Source: Myxococcota bacterium (lineage in GTDB: Bacteria; Myxococcota; JACRCW01). From it: 37,277 nucleotides of DNA. Made by a program: the position numbers and the translations under genes. The notes beneath the pieces are model-generated. The model was given only the letters and a program-made list of their open reading frames with translations. It searched no databases and was not told where the DNA came from. The stretch is taken from contig JBFMGU010000092.1 of the NCBI GenBank assembly GCA_040752415.1, positions 1-37,277 of the forward strand, written 5' to 3'. Of the stretch, positions 1 to 14,876 are shown piece after piece (position 1 is the stretch's first letter; every line of letters starts with the position of its first letter).

Positions 1-1
1 T

Positions 2-162
2 GGTTGGGGTGTGACGGGGGTGACGTCGGAAGACCGCGGGACGGGTGGCCCTCCGCGGGCCCTTCAACATTGTTACCGCTGGAGGCATCAACACTGAAGA
101 GCCGCCCAGGGGCACCCCCCGGCCCCGGCGTTTTCAGCGGTGCCCGCCGTCACGCCCCAACC
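2..162. repeat. Long degenerate inverted repeat (hairpin) downstream of the HAD gene
   Basis: GGTTGGGGTGTGACGG (2-17) is the reverse complement of CCGTCACGCCCCAACC (147-162) with one mismatch. Inner CTTCA/TGAAG and TGTT/AACA segments also pair. Confidence 0.55.
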
Positions 163-197
163 CCACGCCTTTTGGGACGCCCCGGCCTCGTCGTGGA

Positions 198-1049
198 CTA
201 GCGGGGCAGGCGCTCCAGCACGGCGGAGAGGTGCTCACTGAACCCGCCGCGCGACCCCAGCGCCGCCACCGCGTTCTTCTCGTACCGCGCGGTATCCGGT
301 CGCCCCACCAGCTGCACGTGCGCGCCCAGCTCCGCGGGCATGGCCAGGTCCAGCTCGAAGATGTCTCCGCACACCAGCGTCTCCGACGGAGAGGCACCGC
401 TGAGCTGCCACACCTTGCTGAGCACGTCGAAGTACCGACCACGCCGCACGAACACCGGCCGCGCCGTGAGCCCGTCCACGCGCCTCTCCTGCGGCAGCGC
501 CTGGAAGCGCGGGTCATGGGTCTCCGCCTCGGTGATCACGAACTTGTGCGCCTCCCCAAACACCTGCAGCCCCGGCGTGTTCTCGAACCCCAGCTCCTTG
601 AGCTTGCGCAGCACCATGTCCGTGCGCGCATTGGTGACGACGAAGGTGGGCAGCTTCCGCGCCAGGATGGTCCGCAGCACCTCGGAGGCGTCGGGACGGA
701 AGGCGGTGAGGGTGAGCTTGTAGGCCTTCTGGTACACGGCCTGGGTCACCACCGAGCGCGTCTCGGCGTTCTTGAGCAGCCCCAGCTCGGTGAAGAGCAG
801 CTGCGCCACACACGTGCAGCGCACGTACGGGTCCGCATTGGCCGGCGCCACGATCTTGCCGCCGTACTCCCAGCCGTGGCTCTCCGGCTCCGCCTGCACC
901 AGCGCGGTGAGCCGCTGCCACGCCGCGGTGATGTCCCGGCCCACCAGGTCCGCAATGTCCCGCTGGAACACGTCCACGAATGGACCGGCCTCCTTCTCCA
1001 CGTCGGTGAACGTGCCGTCAAAGTCCAACACCACGCACTTGATGCTCAT
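198..1049 (-). CDS. HAD-superfamily hydrolase
   Basis: MSIKCVVLDFDGT gives HAD motif I (DxDGT), VVTNA motif II and CGDIFELD motif IV. GGAGGAG RBS precedes the ATG at 1049, so the 1229 start was trimmed. Confidence 0.85.
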   Translation of the reverse strand: MSIKCVVLDFDGTFTDVEKEAGPFVDVFQRDIADLVGRDITAAWQRLTALVQAEPESHGWEYGGKIVAPANADPYVRCTCVAQLLFTELGLLKNAETRSVVTQAVYQKAYKLTLTAFRPDASEVLRTILARKLPTFVVTNARTDMVLRKLKELGFENTPGLQVFGEAHKFVITEAETHDPRFQALPQERRVDGLTARPVFVRRGRYFDVLSKVWQLSGASPSETLVCGDIFELDLAMPAELGAHVQLVGRPDTARYEKNAVAALGSRGGFSEHLSAVLERLPR

Positions 1050-1385
1050 GGCTCCTCCACCCGCGGCGGGGCGGCCGGAGTCTTCCCTGCGGTGCGGGAC
1101 GTTGTCCACGCCGTCCTCGTCACCCCGCCAGACCGCGCCCTCGTCCCCGCTTGCGTCCATGGGCCGCCACCTCGCCGGTCCGCCCACCGGGAATCCCGCG
1201 GGTGACGAGCAGTCTGTGCGCTGGGGCACGTTTCACCGCGTCCTTTCGCCCCGGGCGTGATCGCGGGCACGGGCGGACGTCGTGGCGGTGTGATGCGGGT
1301 CGTGGCCAGGCGGCGGCGGAGTATGCTCTGGTGGCGTCATGGGCCCGGCGGAATGCCAGGTGCCGGGCCGCGAATGGAGTTGTCC

Positions 1386-4300
1386 ATGGTGCCGTCAGGC
1401 GAGTTGCGCCCGCGTGGTGCGCGTTCCGGTTCCGTTCTGCCGCGGGTGGTGCTGGGGCTGGCGCTCGGTGTCGTCGGGGGCGGGTGCGTCTACCCGCTGG
1501 ATCCTCCGCGCTCCGAGCTCGGTGAGGGCGACGTCACCGGCGTGCTGGTGGGCACGCCCCCCGGGCAGAGCTCCTCCGGTCCCCTGGTGGGCGCGCGCGT
1601 GCGTCTCAAGGGCAGCAGCGTGGTGCGCTCCACCAATGAGCAGGGTCGCTTCCACATCCGCAACCTCCCGGAAGGCGACCACACCCTGCAGTTCACCATG
1701 GACCTCGACGGAGACGGCACCGCGGACCTGAGCCGCCAGCTCGGGGTTTCCATCCGCACCCTCCCCGGTCGCACCACGCGGCCCTGGGTGGACCTGGGCA
1801 CCATCACCGTGGCCACCGCGGGCGCCATTGAAGGCGTGGTGGAGTTCCTGCAGTCCGTCCCGGACCAGACCCTGGACGACGCGCTGGTCATCACCACCAC
1901 CACCGGCCTGCGCATCACCCCCAACACCGTCGACGGACGCTTCCGCCTGGATGGCCTGGGCCAGGGCACGTGGTCGGTGGCCGCCACCAAGGGCGCACTG
2001 ATGAGCAACCTGATCAGCGTGGAGGTGAAGCCGGGCGAGGTGACGCTGCTCCCGGAGGCGCTGCGCCTGGGTGATCCCCCGCCCGGCGAAGGCGAGATCT
2101 CCGCCGACGTCACCGCGGTGGGCGAGACCTCCAGCCAGTCCTCCAGCAGCCTCACCCTGGCGCTCTCCGACGTGCAGGTGCAGCTGGTGGCCAACGCCGA
2201 CGGCCGCATGGTCTTCGACGGCCCACTCCCGCCCTCGTTCATCCTCACGGTGCCGGTGGGCGTGTACACGCTGATCATCGCGTTCCCCGGCGCGGACCTG
2301 GTCTCCATTGTCATCCCGGACCTCGTGGTGCTGCCGGGCACGCGCGTGGACCTGGGCACGCTGGTTGCCGACGAGATCCTGGCCTCCGACTGCCCGGACC
2401 AGGACGGCGACGGGCTGTGCTTCTTTGGCAACGACGACGGACCGTGCACCGCGTACTGCCTCTCCGCCACGGACCTCACGGTGGCCTGCGCCAAGGACGG
2501 CAAGCAGTATGACTGCGACGACGACGGCGATGGCCAGGCGGACCCCGATGAGACCGAGGCGCGCTGCATCTGCGGCGTGGACGCGTTGCACAAGACCCCG
2601 GGCTGCCTGGGGGACGGCCTGCGCGCGGACCGCGACCACGACGGGCGCTGCGACATCTTCGACCCCTACCCGCTGTGCGCGCTGGACCGCGACCCCTGCG
2701 CTCCACCCCCTCCGCGTGACGCCGGTCCGCCTCCCGACGCCGCGGAGACACGCGACGCGGCCGAGCCCTCCGACGCCGCCGCACCCCACGACGCCGCCGT
2801 GCCCTCCGACGCCGCTCCCACGGTGGACGCCGCCGAGCCGGTGGATGCCGCCGAGCCCTCCGACGCCGCCGTGCCCGTCGACGCCGCCCCGCCCGCCGAC
2901 GCCGCCGAGCCCATGGACGCTGCTCCCACGCCGGACGCGGCCGAGTCCCCCGACGCCACGCTGGTCGTCCCCGACGCCGCCATGCCCGACGCCGCCGAGC
3001 CGGTGGATGCCGCCGAGCCCACGCCCGACGCGGGCGCCCCGGACAGTGGCGTTCCCGACGCCGCGCCGCGTTCTCCCTGGGGCACCAGCGCCATCAACGT
3101 GGGCGTGGTGAGCGGTCCCGGCGGCAACACCTGGGAGAACCCGCCCGCGCTGCACCAGGTCCTGCGCACCAGCACCGGCTTCGTCGTCGTGGGCTCCACG
3201 CAGGACCGCGTGGACATCCCCGGCTGCGCTCCGGTGGTGCCCGCCAATCAGACCAACCTCGCGGGCTTCGTCATCTCCTACGGTCATGACGGTCGCTGCC
3301 TGTGGTCGCGCATGCTGCAGGCCAGCGGCGGTGAGGTGCCTGTGGCCGACGTCCGGGGCGTGGCGGAGGACCAGGGCAGCCTGCTCATCCACGGACGCCT
3401 CTCCGGCAATCTCGTCGAGCCCCCGCTGGCCGGCGAGCTCCGGTCGCTGTTCGTCATCCGGCTGGGCCTGGATGGCACCGTCCTGGACGGCGTTGCGTTC
3501 CCCGGCTTCCTCGCGCCGTCACCCGGCCTCATCCGCGCGCTGCCCGACGGCGTCCTGGTGGCCGGCACCACCGACGACAACGCCCTCAACCTGGGCCCCG
3601 ACGCGCTGGGCAACGACGTCATCCTGCCCGGCCGCCTGGGGTTCGAGCCCAACGCCTACCTCGTGCGCCTGGATGCCAACCTGCTCCCGCGCTGGGCTGC
3701 CATCGTCGAGAGCAGCGCGCAGACCGAGCCGCAGCTGCTGGCGCCCACCGCCAACGGCTTCGCCGTGCTGGGTGACCTGGCGCAGGACGCCACGTTCCGT
3801 CTCAACGCCACCAACGTGCCGCTGACCGGCAACAGCCACCGCGTCTGGGTGGTGGAGATCCCCGACCTGGCGGAGCCCTCCGTCGTCACCACGCTGGATG
3901 TGCAGACCTCGCCCAGCGGCGGCAGCCGCGCGCTGCACCTGCTGGCGGCGGACCTCACCGTCGACCCCACGCTCACCGCCTACGTCAGCGACGCCTACCC
4001 CATCGTGTTCGGCCAGGGCCTCAGCGGCCTCCCCGCGTACGACATCTTCCAGGCCTCCGACCGGGGCGTCGCGGGCACCTGGACCACCATGCTCCACGGC
4101 GACGCGCTGCAACCGCCGATCGCCGGCGGCGGCTCCATCTCGCTCACCGACGGGGAAGTGGTGCAGGCGGCCAGCTCGGCCAAGGCGGCGGTGTTGGAGC
4201 GCGGACCGGGCGGGATGGCCACGCTCATCCAGCGCGAGCGGCCCACCGCGCAACTGGGCCTGGTGACCCGCACCGACCTCGTCAGCGGCGACTTGCGGCC

Positions 4301-5798
4301 CGGCCAGCTGGGCGTGGCGCTGGATGCCACCGGCGGCGTGCAGGTCCTGGACGTGCTGCACCTCGAGGATGGGTCGGTGGTGGCTTTCGGTCGTTACAAG
4401 GGCCTGGTGGCGCTGGGTCGCGAGACCGACTGCACCGGCAAGGCCACCAGCGCCGGACAGCGCATGGCCATTGGCGACGTCAACGCGCAGGGCTTGTTCC
4501 TCTGGTGGCTCCCGCCCACCACGGACCAGGACAACTGCAACCTCCAGCCCAGCACACCGCCCGACGTGGGAGGCAGCCCGGGCTCGCCGGAGCTCTTCCC
4601 CCAGGAGCCGGAGGTGGCCAACCAGGAGGTCACCACCAACCTGGAGCGGTTTGCCGACGTGGACTGCTGGAGCTTCCAGGTGACGCAGCAGGCCGCGTTC
4701 AGTTTCAGCACCGTCTCGTCGGCGGGCGTGTGCGCGGGTGACACCGTGCTGGAGGTCTACGAGACCAGCGAGGGGCTCAACCTGGTGGCGCTTTCCGACG
4801 ACGTCAGCGGCGGGTGCGCCGGGGTGGAGAGCCTGCTCATCCCGGGGAGCTACCAGGTGTGCGTGCGCGGCTTCGCGGGTCAGCCGCTCCCCGGCGTTGC
4901 GCTGCGCGCCGCGCGCCAGGGTCCGCCCGCCAATGACCTCTGCGCCAACGCCACCTACCTGCGCGTGCCGCTGCTCGGTGAGACGCTGACGGTGACGGGC
5001 AACCTCGGTCCGGCCACCAACAACGAGTACGGCTGCGGCGGCACCGGGGAAGACGTGTTCTACGGCCTCATCGCCGACCAGCCCCGCAACGTGGTGGTCA
5101 GCGTGGACCCGCCGGAAACCACCGTGCTCTCCCTGCTCGCGGCCTGCAATTCGGAGTGGGACTGCATGGCCGGCGCCTCCCTGCTCTATGACCCGGCGTA
5201 CAGCGAAGGGGCTCCGTGGCTGGTGGCGGTGGATGCCGTCGACGGGAGCACGCCCGGTCCGATCACCATGACGCTGTCCTACGAGCTGCCCAGTGAGCAC
5301 GTGGAAGGCGGAGAAACCTGTCTGCAGGCGGTGGAGCTGCCCATGCCGCCGCCGCAGGGCAACCTGCAGGGCTGGGGCACCCTGCGCGGCAAGTCGCACG
5401 ACCACGAGCCCGCCGACCCGTTCTCCGGCGGAGACGGCGGTCGGCTCAGCAGCGGCGGGGGTGGCGACGAGATCATTCCCTGCAACGTCAGCGGACCCGG
5501 CCCCGACGCCGTGTACTCGTTCAGCGTGCCACCGGGGGAGCGCGTGTCCTTCTCGGTGTGGGGCGCCGCCAACCTGGACCTGGTGCTCTACACGCTGGAT
5601 GAGTGCCCGGGACCCGGCCCGGTGGTCTGCACCGACGGGTCCGACGCCTACGGCAACGGCGAGTCCGAGGAGCTCTCCTTCTTCAACGATGGCGCCACCA
5701 CGCGCGTGGTCTACTTCGTCGTCGACGACTACAGCGCGAGCTCCACGGGCGGCGCGTACACCTATTTCGTCTCCGCCTTTGGCGGCGGAGGAAGTTGA
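1386..5798 (+). CDS. Large surface lipoprotein: carboxypeptidase-regulatory-like beta-sandwich domains, Ca-binding DxDxDG repeats, PDAA linker, probable propeller region and PPC-like C-terminal domains
   Basis: Lipobox-like signal VLGLALGVVGGGC; GARVRL..TNEQGRF pattern; DQDGDG, DDDGDG and DRDHDG motifs. GGAG precedes the ATG at 1386 (1374 is an alternative start). Confidence 0.75.
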   Translation: MVPSGELRPRGARSGSVLPRVVLGLALGVVGGGCVYPLDPPRSELGEGDVTGVLVGTPPGQSSSGPLVGARVRLKGSSVVRSTNEQGRFHIRNLPEGDHTLQFTMDLDGDGTADLSRQLGVSIRTLPGRTTRPWVDLGTITVATAGAIEGVVEFLQSVPDQTLDDALVITTTTGLRITPNTVDGRFRLDGLGQGTWSVAATKGALMSNLISVEVKPGEVTLLPEALRLGDPPPGEGEISADVTAVGETSSQSSSSLTLALSDVQVQLVANADGRMVFDGPLPPSFILTVPVGVYTLIIAFPGADLVSIVIPDLVVLPGTRVDLGTLVADEILASDCPDQDGDGLCFFGNDDGPCTAYCLSATDLTVACAKDGKQYDCDDDGDGQADPDETEARCICGVDALHKTPGCLGDGLRADRDHDGRCDIFDPYPLCALDRDPCAPPPPRDAGPPPDAAETRDAAEPSDAAAPHDAAVPSDAAPTVDAAEPVDAAEPSDAAVPVDAAPPADAAEPMDAAPTPDAAESPDATLVVPDAAMPDAAEPVDAAEPTPDAGAPDSGVPDAAPRSPWGTSAINVGVVSGPGGNTWENPPALHQVLRTSTGFVVVGSTQDRVDIPGCAPVVPANQTNLAGFVISYGHDGRCLWSRMLQASGGEVPVADVRGVAEDQGSLLIHGRLSGNLVEPPLAGELRSLFVIRLGLDGTVLDGVAFPGFLAPSPGLIRALPDGVLVAGTTDDNALNLGPDALGNDVILPGRLGFEPNAYLVRLDANLLPRWAAIVESSAQTEPQLLAPTANGFAVLGDLAQDATFRLNATNVPLTGNSHRVWVVEIPDLAEPSVVTTLDVQTSPSGGSRALHLLAADLTVDPTLTAYVSDAYPIVFGQGLSGLPAYDIFQASDRGVAGTWTTMLHGDALQPPIAGGGSISLTDGEVVQAASSAKAAVLERGPGGMATLIQRERPTAQLGLVTRTDLVSGDLRPGQLGVALDATGGVQVLDVLHLEDGSVVAFGRYKGLVALGRETDCTGKATSAGQRMAIGDVNAQGLFLWWLPPTTDQDNCNLQPSTPPDVGGSPGSPELFPQEPEVANQEVTTNLERFADVDCWSFQVTQQAAFSFSTVSSAGVCAGDTVLEVYETSEGLNLVALSDDVSGGCAGVESLLIPGSYQVCVRGFAGQPLPGVALRAARQGPPANDLCANATYLRVPLLGETLTVTGNLGPATNNEYGCGGTGEDVFYGLIADQPRNVVVSVDPPETTVLSLLAACNSEWDCMAGASLLYDPAYSEGAPWLVAVDAVDGSTPGPITMTLSYELPSEHVEGGETCLQAVELPMPPPQGNLQGWGTLRGKSHDHEPADPFSGGDGGRLSSGGGGDEIIPCNVSGPGPDAVYSFSVPPGERVSFSVWGAANLDLVLYTLDECPGPGPVVCTDGSDAYGNGESEELSFFNDGATTRVVYFVVDDYSASSTGGAYTYFVSAFGGGGS
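2716..3063 (+). repeat. Coding tandem repeat, about 19 x (xPxDAA), ~18-bp period
   Basis: DAAEPSDAAAPHDAAVPSDAAPTVDAAEPVDAA... is visible in the translation; GACGCCGCC recurs in the DNA. Confidence 0.9.
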
Positions 5799-5857
5799 TC
5801 CGCCCGACGGTCCGCTCCCTTCCTGAACCCGTTCCCTGCCGCATCGGGGTTGCATCC

Positions 5858-11828
<5,971 letters not shown>

Positions 11829-11839
<11 letters not shown>

Positions 11840-12944
11840 GCGCGCGGTAGAGCGCCAGGGTCTGCTCGGTGACGCGGTCCTGGCTGTACTCGCGCTCCAC
11901 CAACGCGCGCGCCTCTCCCCGCCGTGATGCCCCCTCGCGTAACGCGGCCACCACCGCGGAGGCGAGCGCGTCCACGTCGTGGGGAGGCACCAGCGTGCCC
12001 ACGTTGCGACCTCGCAGCACGCTGGCCACCGGCGGGATGTCCGCGCCCACCACCGGCGTTCCGCTGGCCAGGCTCTCCAGCATGGCGCGGCCAAAGCCGT
12101 CGTTGCCCACGGCGAGCAGCACCGTGACGTCGGCGGCGGTGTATGCGTCGGGAAGCTCGTCGGTGAGGTAGCCCAGGAAGTGCACGCCGGGGAGGTCGCG
12201 CGCCTGCGCCATGAGATGCTCGCGCTCCTCGCCCAGGCCCACGAACCAGAGCTGTGCGTCGGGGAGCTGGGCACGGATGGCGGGCCACGCGGCCAGCAGC
12301 CGTTCCTGTCCGCGGCCCTTCTGGAAGATGGCCACCATGGCCACGGTGGGCCCCGCGGGAAGGTTGTGACGGACGCGGAAACGCGCGGCGCGGCTCTCGC
12401 GCTCGACGGGGGTGAAACGCGCCAGGTCCACCGCGCCGCCAATCACGTGCACGCGTGCGGGGTCCAGGTGGAGACGCTCGCAACCCAGGCGCTTCAGTTC
12501 CTCGCTGTGGACCACCAGGGCGTCGGCGCGGCGCAACAGGGCGCCCTGCAATGGTCGCGCACGCAGGGAACGCTCCGAGTGGATGGTGCGCACCAGCGCG
12601 GGACCGCCGTGGGCGGGACGCGCGGCCTGCGCCAGGACGTGATCATGGGAGAAGTGCACGTGCACCACGTCCACCTGCTGCATGCGTTTGCGCAGCCGCA
12701 CGACGTCGCGGGCCCAGGTGATGGGACCGGATTGGGTGCACAGCGCCAGCTCGTGGGCCACGGGGAGTCCGGTGGCCTTCACGCGGGGGCCCATGCCTTC
12801 CTCGTGCACGTTGCCCTCGGGGCGCACGGTGTCGTGGCCCACGGTGACCTCGTGACCGCGCGCGGCCAGCGAGACGCTGAGGGCGAGCATGGGCTCCGCG
12901 GGCCCGGAATACGCGAACGCCGAGACGAGCTGGAGGATCCGCAT
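11829..12944 (-). CDS. Glycosyltransferase family 4 (GT-B fold)
   Basis: MRILQLVSAF start, DVVHVH, KGRG, and DGFGRAMLESLASGTPVVG (E/D-x7-E motif). GGAGG lies upstream of 12944. The 3' end overlaps the convergent lectin gene by 11 nt. Confidence 0.9.
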
Positions 12945-12982
12945 GGTCTCAGGGCCTCCGCGGTGGTGGTGAAGGGAACGAG

Positions 12983-13268
12983 GTGCAGACTTGCCCCCCC
13001 CACCCGGCCGCCTTTCCATCTCCACCGTTTTCTCGTCGTGGCGGCCGACCTCCCCCACGGTGTGGGGAGGCGTCGTTGTGCCGCGGCGCTGGGCCGCGAT
13101 GTTCATTGCGCGGCACGGGACCCAGTGAGGCCTTGTGCCGCGTCGAGTCCAATGAACCCGACGGACGCGGCACATCGACGCCTCCCCACACCGTGGGGGA
13201 GGTCGGCCGCCCACGACGAGAACACCGTGAACCCGGAAGGCGGCCGGGTGGGGGGGCCGCATCTGCAC
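12983..13268. repeat. ~285-bp palindromic element (REP-doublet/MITE-like)
   Basis: The ~100-bp arms are imperfect reverse complements, sharing an exact core GCGGCCGACCTCCCCCACGGTGTGGGGAGGCGTCG. Each arm has its own hairpin CCTCCCC...GGGGAGG. Inner GTTCATTG/CAATGAAC also pair. Confidence 0.8.
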
Positions 13269-13301
13269 TCCCCCTCTCGCCACCCCCGCGCAACACCGCG
13301 T

Positions 13302-14759
13302 TCACGTTCCACCTCCCCGCGTGCAATCCCACGCCGTCGACGGCATGCGGCTCCGGTTGTTCTCCGGGTTCATCATCACCAGCACGCGGTCCATCACGTC
13401 GGAGGGATACTCCCGCGGCTCCCCGCAGCTCCACCCCATCTCCCGCAGCCTCTCCACGTCGGGCGCGGGCTGCGCGCGCGACACCACCAGCCGCACCACG
13501 TTCCCCGTCTCCCCGCGCAACGAGGTCATCATCTCCTCGGTACCCGCGTTCTCCACCACGCGCCCGCCCCACCCCAGGTACATGCCCGGCAGTCGCACCG
13601 CGGCGCCGTACACCGCCGGCCGCGGCTCCATCACAGACGCATCGCGCAGCGGATCAATCGAGTTCCGACGAGGAAACGCCACCGTGTACGGAATGAGCAA
13701 CACCGTGTTCACCGCCACGAACGCGCGCACGCACCAGCGCTGCCACGCCGCGCCTTCCCAGGCACGCGCCAATCCCGCCCCCAGCAGGATGAAGAACAGG
13801 GGCAGCACGGTGAACATGAACCGCTCCTCCTTGTGCCCCACCGTCGAGTGCGCGCCGACAAAGACCACCAGACTCCACGTCACCGCCGGGTGCGCGCGCG
13901 CCGCGTCCAACACGCCGCGCCAGTATCCCAGCACCAGGGGCGGCACGGTCAGCCCCAGGAACAACACCAGGAACGTGTAGAACGGCGCCACGCCGTAGCT
14001 GTCCACGAAGGCGCGCTGGTACGCGTAGTACCGGAACGGCACCACGAGGAATCCCCCCTGCGTGGCCAGGTCGACGCATCCCTGCACCAGCACCATGCAC
14101 CCGCCGCCCGCCATCAGCGCCAGCTGCAGCCCCACCCGTCGTCGCGCGTCACCACCGGTGAGCCACAACAGCACCATCACCACCGGCAGCACCACGCCCA
14201 CGTGCATGCGGAACAGCCCGGCGAGCCCCAGCATCACCCCGCACGCCCACGACGTGAAAAGCGGTCTACCCCGCCCCGCGCGCACGCGCTCCAACAGCAG
14301 CAGGCACGCCAGCAACGGCGGTGCCGCCGCGGCCTCCACCAGGGTGCGCGAGCCAATGTGCGGCATCAGGAATTGCGCCGCGGTCAACCACGCTGCCGTC
14401 GTGGCGGCGCGTTCACCCAGGCGCGCCCGCGCCAGGTGCCACGTGAGCGGAACCGCGAGCATGGACCACGCCGCCATGGCCAGGAACGCCGCGTGCGCCA
14501 TGGCGGTGCCGTCGGGTGCGCCCAGCGCGCGCGCCAGCCGCATCACGCCGTGGAGCAACAACGGCAGGAACGCGGAGCGGAAGTCGCTGGGCATGGGCGC
14601 GTTGGGGTCATGCAGCCACTGCCACGCGGGGTGGAGCACGTGGAAGTAGCAGTCCATGGCGTAGAACCCGGCGCTGCTGAGCGCGGCCACCAGGCGCAGC
14701 ACCAGGGCCACGACGAGGGGCGCCCACAGCGGCCGGGGAAGGAGGTCACGCCATTGCAT
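13302..14759 (-). CDS. Multi-pass membrane GT-C glycosyltransferase, GT22 (Alg9/PIG-B mannosyltransferase)-like
   Basis: Many TM segments, an N-terminal LVLRL..GFYAMD loop, FRSAFLPLL, RTLVE, and the family hallmark HKEERF. Confidence 0.75.
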   Translation of the reverse strand: MQWRDLLPRPLWAPLVVALVLRLVAALSSAGFYAMDCYFHVLHPAWQWLHDPNAPMPSDFRSAFLPLLLHGVMRLARALGAPDGTAMAHAAFLAMAAWSMLAVPLTWHLARARLGERAATTAAWLTAAQFLMPHIGSRTLVEAAAAPPLLACLLLLERVRAGRGRPLFTSWACGVMLGLAGLFRMHVGVVLPVVMVLLWLTGGDARRRVGLQLALMAGGGCMVLVQGCVDLATQGGFLVVPFRYYAYQRAFVDSYGVAPFYTFLVLFLGLTVPPLVLGYWRGVLDAARAHPAVTWSLVVFVGAHSTVGHKEERFMFTVLPLFFILLGAGLARAWEGAAWQRWCVRAFVAVNTVLLIPYTVAFPRRNSIDPLRDASVMEPRPAVYGAAVRLPGMYLGWGGRVVENAGTEEMMTSLRGETGNVVRLVVSRAQPAPDVERLREMGWSCGEPREYPSDVMDRVLVMMNPENNRSRMPSTAWDCTRGGGT

Positions 14760-14876
14760 CTGCGCGGCCGGCCTCTCACGGATGGCGACGTCACCGCAAG
14801 CCCCCTTGGGCGAGCAGGCCCATCATGGTACGCCCCAATCCGTGCTCATTCCGGCGCCCACCTGCTGAAGCATCCC

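Noticed and set aside
11979..14876. N-terminal ~960 aa of the 1531-aa ORF
   Set aside because: It overlaps the GT4 and GT22-like genes on the opposite strand. Only the part from ~14877 looks like a real protein.
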